Of a stretch of DNA of 22,701 bases, positions 20,018 to 22,701 are shown piece by piece. The stretch covers positions 1 through 22,701 of the forward strand of contig CBDEKP020000003.1 in assembly GCA_965240325.2 (NCBI GenBank), given 5' to 3'. A program made the position numbers and the translations under genes. The stretch comes from Rebecca billardiae RCC1528. Lineage: Eukaryota > Protista > Haptophyta. The notes below the pieces were generated by a model, which searched no databases, was not told the origin of the DNA, and saw nothing but the letters and a program-made list of their open reading frames with translations. Within the stretch, counting starts at the first letter, position 1, and the number at the start of each line of letters is the position of its first letter.

Positions 20018-21328
20018 TTACGCCCACCCAGCGCGACCCTTGGCGTGCTTGGCGTGCTTCCCCCCCTTCTTGTCCTTCGGCTCCTTCTTGATCTTCTGCT
20101 GCGGCGGGCGGCCGCCGCCTTCGCGCGCCCGCCAGCGCGCGCCATCTTCTTTGATCTCGCGCAGCTCCGACTCGAGCTCCTCCAAGTCGGAGTCGGCGTC
20201 TGTGCGCTCTCCGCGGCCTCGTTTGTTCGTCGTCGACACCGGCTGCAGCAGCGCGGCCCGCGACGCGGCCAGCCCAGCCATCACGTCCTCCTCCTCCGAA
20301 TCCTCCTCCTCCTCCTTCTCGCGCGCCGCCGCCGCCGCCGCCGCCGCCTCGCGCGCCGCCTCACGCGCCGCCTCGCGCGCACGCTTGGCCTTGATCTTGC
20401 GGCGGCGCTCGCGCTCGCGCTCGTCCGACTTGCACGCCGCCTCGCGCGGCTCCGCCTGCTGCCGGCCCGCCGCCGCGCGCGCGCGGGCTCGCGCCGCCGC
20501 CGCCTCCTCCTTCTCCTGCTCAGCCGCCACGTCGCGGGCGCGCCTGGCCGCGGCCGCCTCGCGCGCCCGCTCGCGCGCAGCAGCCGCCTCCGTCTCCTGC
20601 TCAGCCTGCTCAGCCGCCTCGCGCACGCGCGTGGCCGCCGCCGCCGCGCGCGCTCGCTCGGCCGCCATCGCGCGCTCGGCCGCCGCCGCCTTCGCCTGCT
20701 CGCGGGCTCGGGAACCCGCCAGGGCGTTGCTGTGCTCGCCGCGGCGCGTGCCCAAGCTCGTCAGCTCCTCGTCTCCGCCCGGCACGGCAGCCGCAGTCGG
20801 CGGCGCCCGCACCGCCCCGGTGAGCGGCGGCGCCCGCACCGCCGCGGTGAGCGGCGGCGATTCCGGCGGCGGCGCCCGGCAGCGCGGCGGCGGCGTCCGC
20901 GGCGGCGACGGCGATGCCGACGGCGACATGGACGGCCGCGTCGGCGACACCCGCTGCGACGGCGGCGTCTGCGCGGCCAGCGGCGCCCGCTCGCGCAGCG
21001 GCGTCGGCGTCAGCGGCCCGTCCGCCGAAGGGCTCGGGCGGCTAGCGGGGCCGTCCTCCTCCTCCCCCTCGTCCTCGTCCTCCTCGTCCTCGTCGTCGCC
21101 CACCGAGCGGTCGCCCTCCGAGCGGTCGCCCTCCGAGCCTAGGTCGGGGATGCCATCGTCCTCGTCCTCGTCCTCGCTGTCGTGGGCGTGGTCGTCGGGC
21201 GACCCGATCGGCTGCGTCAGCTGGTGCATGAGTTCGCTGATGCCGGCCTCGTCGAAGTCGACGGACTCCTCTCGGCCTGCGCGCGCGACCGGCATGGCGC
21301 GCACGCGCCTCGGCTGGTGGCGCCTAGG
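20018..21328 (-). CDS. Hypothetical low-complexity protein (acidic tract, Pro/Ser region, Ala/Glu/Arg coiled coil, Lys-rich tail), probably 5'-truncated by the telomere
   Basis: ~430-codon frame with protein-like segmented composition (DSEDEDEDD, EAAREAAREAA, KIKKEPKDKKGGKHAKHAK). The frame stays open from TAA 20018 up to 21328, at the telomere junction. The first ATG is at 21295. Confidence 0.65.
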   Translation of the reverse strand, partial: PRRHQPRRVRAMPVARAGREESVDFDEAGISELMHQLTQPIGSPDDHAHDSEDEDEDDGIPDLGSEGDRSEGDRSVGDDEDEEDEDEGEEEDGPASRPSPSADGPLTPTPLRERAPLAAQTPPSQRVSPTRPSMSPSASPSPPRTPPPRCRAPPPESPPLTAAVRAPPLTGAVRAPPTAAAVPGGDEELTSLGTRRGEHSNALAGSRAREQAKAAAAERAMAAERARAAAAATRVREAAEQAEQETEAAAARERAREAAAARRARDVAAEQEKEEAAAARARARAAAGRQQAEPREAACKSDERERERRRKIKAKRAREAAREAAREAAAAAAAAREKEEEEDSEEEDVMAGLAASRAALLQPVSTTNKRGRGERTDADSDLEELESELREIKEDGARWRAREGGGRPPQQKIKKEPKDKKGGKHAKHAKGRAGWA

Positions 21329-21622
21329 TTAGGGTTAGGGTTAGGGTTAGGGTTAGGGTTAGGGTTAGGGTTAGGGTTAGGGTTAGGGTTAGGGTTAGGG
21401 TTAGGGTTAGGGTTAGGGTTAGGGTTAGGGTTAGGGTTAGGGTTAGGGTTAGGGTTAGGGTTAGGGTTAGGGTTAGGGTTAGGGTTAGGGTTAGGGTTAG
21501 GGTTAGGGTTAGGTTAGGGTTAGGGTTAGGGTTAGGGTTAGGGTTAGGGTTAGGGTTAGGGTTAGGGTTAGGGTTAGGGTTAGGGTTAGGGTTAGGGTTA
21601 GGGTTAGGGGTTAGGGTTAGGG

Positions 21623-21663
<41 letters not shown>

Positions 21664-21688
21664 GGTTAGGTTAGGGTTAGGGTTAGGG

Positions 21689-21729
<41 letters not shown>

Positions 21730-22395
21730 GGTTAGGGTTAGGGTTAGGGTTAGGGTTAGGGTTAGGGTTAGGGTTAGGGTTAGGGTTAGGGTTAGGGTTA
21801 GGGTTAGGGTTAGGGTTAGGGTTAGGGTTAGGGTTAGGGTTAGGGTTAGGGTTAGGGTTAGGGTTAGGGTTAGGGTTAGGGTTAGGGTTAGGGTTAGGGT
21901 TAGGGTTAGGGTTAGGGTTAGGGTTAGGGTTAGGGTTAGGGTTAGGGTTAGGGTTAGGGTTAGGGTTAGGGTTAGGGTTAGGGTTAGGGTTAGGGTTAGG
22001 GTTAGGGTTAGGGTTAGGGTTAGGGTTAGGGTTTAGGGTTTTAGGGTTAGGGTTAGGGTTAGGGTTAGGGTTAGGGTTAGGGTTAGGGTTAGGGTTAGGG
22101 TTAGGGTTAGGGTTAGGGTTAGGGTTAGGGTTAGGGGTTAGGGTTAGGGGGGTTAGGGGTTAGGGTTAGGGTTAGGGTTAGGGTTAGGGTTAGGGTTAGG
22201 GGTTAGGGTTAGGGTTAGGGTTAGGGTTAGGGTTAGGGTTAGGGTTAGGGTTAGGGTTAGGGTTAGGGTTAGGGTTAGGGTTAGGGTTAGGGTTAGGGTT
22301 AGGGTTAGGGTTAGGGTTAGGGTTAGGGTTAGGGTTAGGGTTAGGGTTAGGGTTAGGGTTAGGGTTAGGGTTAGGGGTTAGGGTTAGGGTTAGGG

Positions 22396-22436
<41 letters not shown>

Positions 22437-22650
22437 GTTAGGGGTTAGGGTTAGGGTTAGGGTTAGGGTTAGGGTTAGGGTTAGGGTTAGGGTTAGGGGT
22501 TAGGGTTAGGGTTAGGGTTAGGGTTAGGGTTAGGGTTAGGGTTAGGGTTAGGGTTAGGGTTAGGGTTAGGGTTAGGGTTAGGGTTAGGGTTAGGGTTAGG
22601 GTTAGGGTTAGGGTTAGGGTTAGGTTAGGGTTTCGGGGTTAGGGTTAGGG

Positions 22651-22687
<37 letters not shown>

Positions 22688-22701
22688 GTTAGGGTTAGGG
22701 T
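21325..22701 (+). repeat. Telomere (TTAGGG)n, G-strand on +, ~1.37 kb
   Basis: Continuous TTAGGG from 21329 (preceded by TAGG) to the window end, with occasional TTAGG/TTTAGGG/TTAGGGG variants. Confidence 0.99.

Noticed and set aside
19724-21332. Long + strand ORFs (472 aa, 430 aa)
   Set aside because: Antisense shadows of the GC-rich minus-strand ORF.
21182-21517. Poly-(LG) ORF
   Set aside because: Translation of the TTAGGG repeats.
22030-22701. Variant telomere units as a biological signal
   Set aside because: These are homopolymer-length changes that increase distally and cannot be told apart from long-read errors.

Overview
This is a GC-rich eukaryotic chromosome end. The host is not identifiable; an alga or protist with TTAGGG telomeres, such as a haptophyte, is a guess only. 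From left to right: (1) a ~9 kb non-coding foldback element at 980-9950, bounded by CACTA...TAGTG termini. Its mirror-image arms are built from arrays of a hairpin motif (CTCCGCTGGCGGAG), a unique segment and a ~214-bp tandem repeat, around a ~0.85 kb loop. (2) Local tandem repeats at 10.3-11.4 kb. (3) A cluster of four apparently intronless ORFs: a divergent 2OG-Fe(II) dioxygenase, a 2xC2H2 zinc finger-ASCH fusion, a Ulp1/SENP (C48) protease and a low-complexity acidic/coiled-coil/basic protein. (4) Within that cluster, a 1.9 kb non-autonomous TIR element with 36-bp perfect TIRs, flanked by TA. (5) A ~1.37 kb (TTAGGG)n telomere joined abruptly to the open 5' end of the last ORF. Most other ORFs in the track are GC-rich or repeat-derived artefacts. 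All protein calls come from motif recognition by eye; no searches were run.
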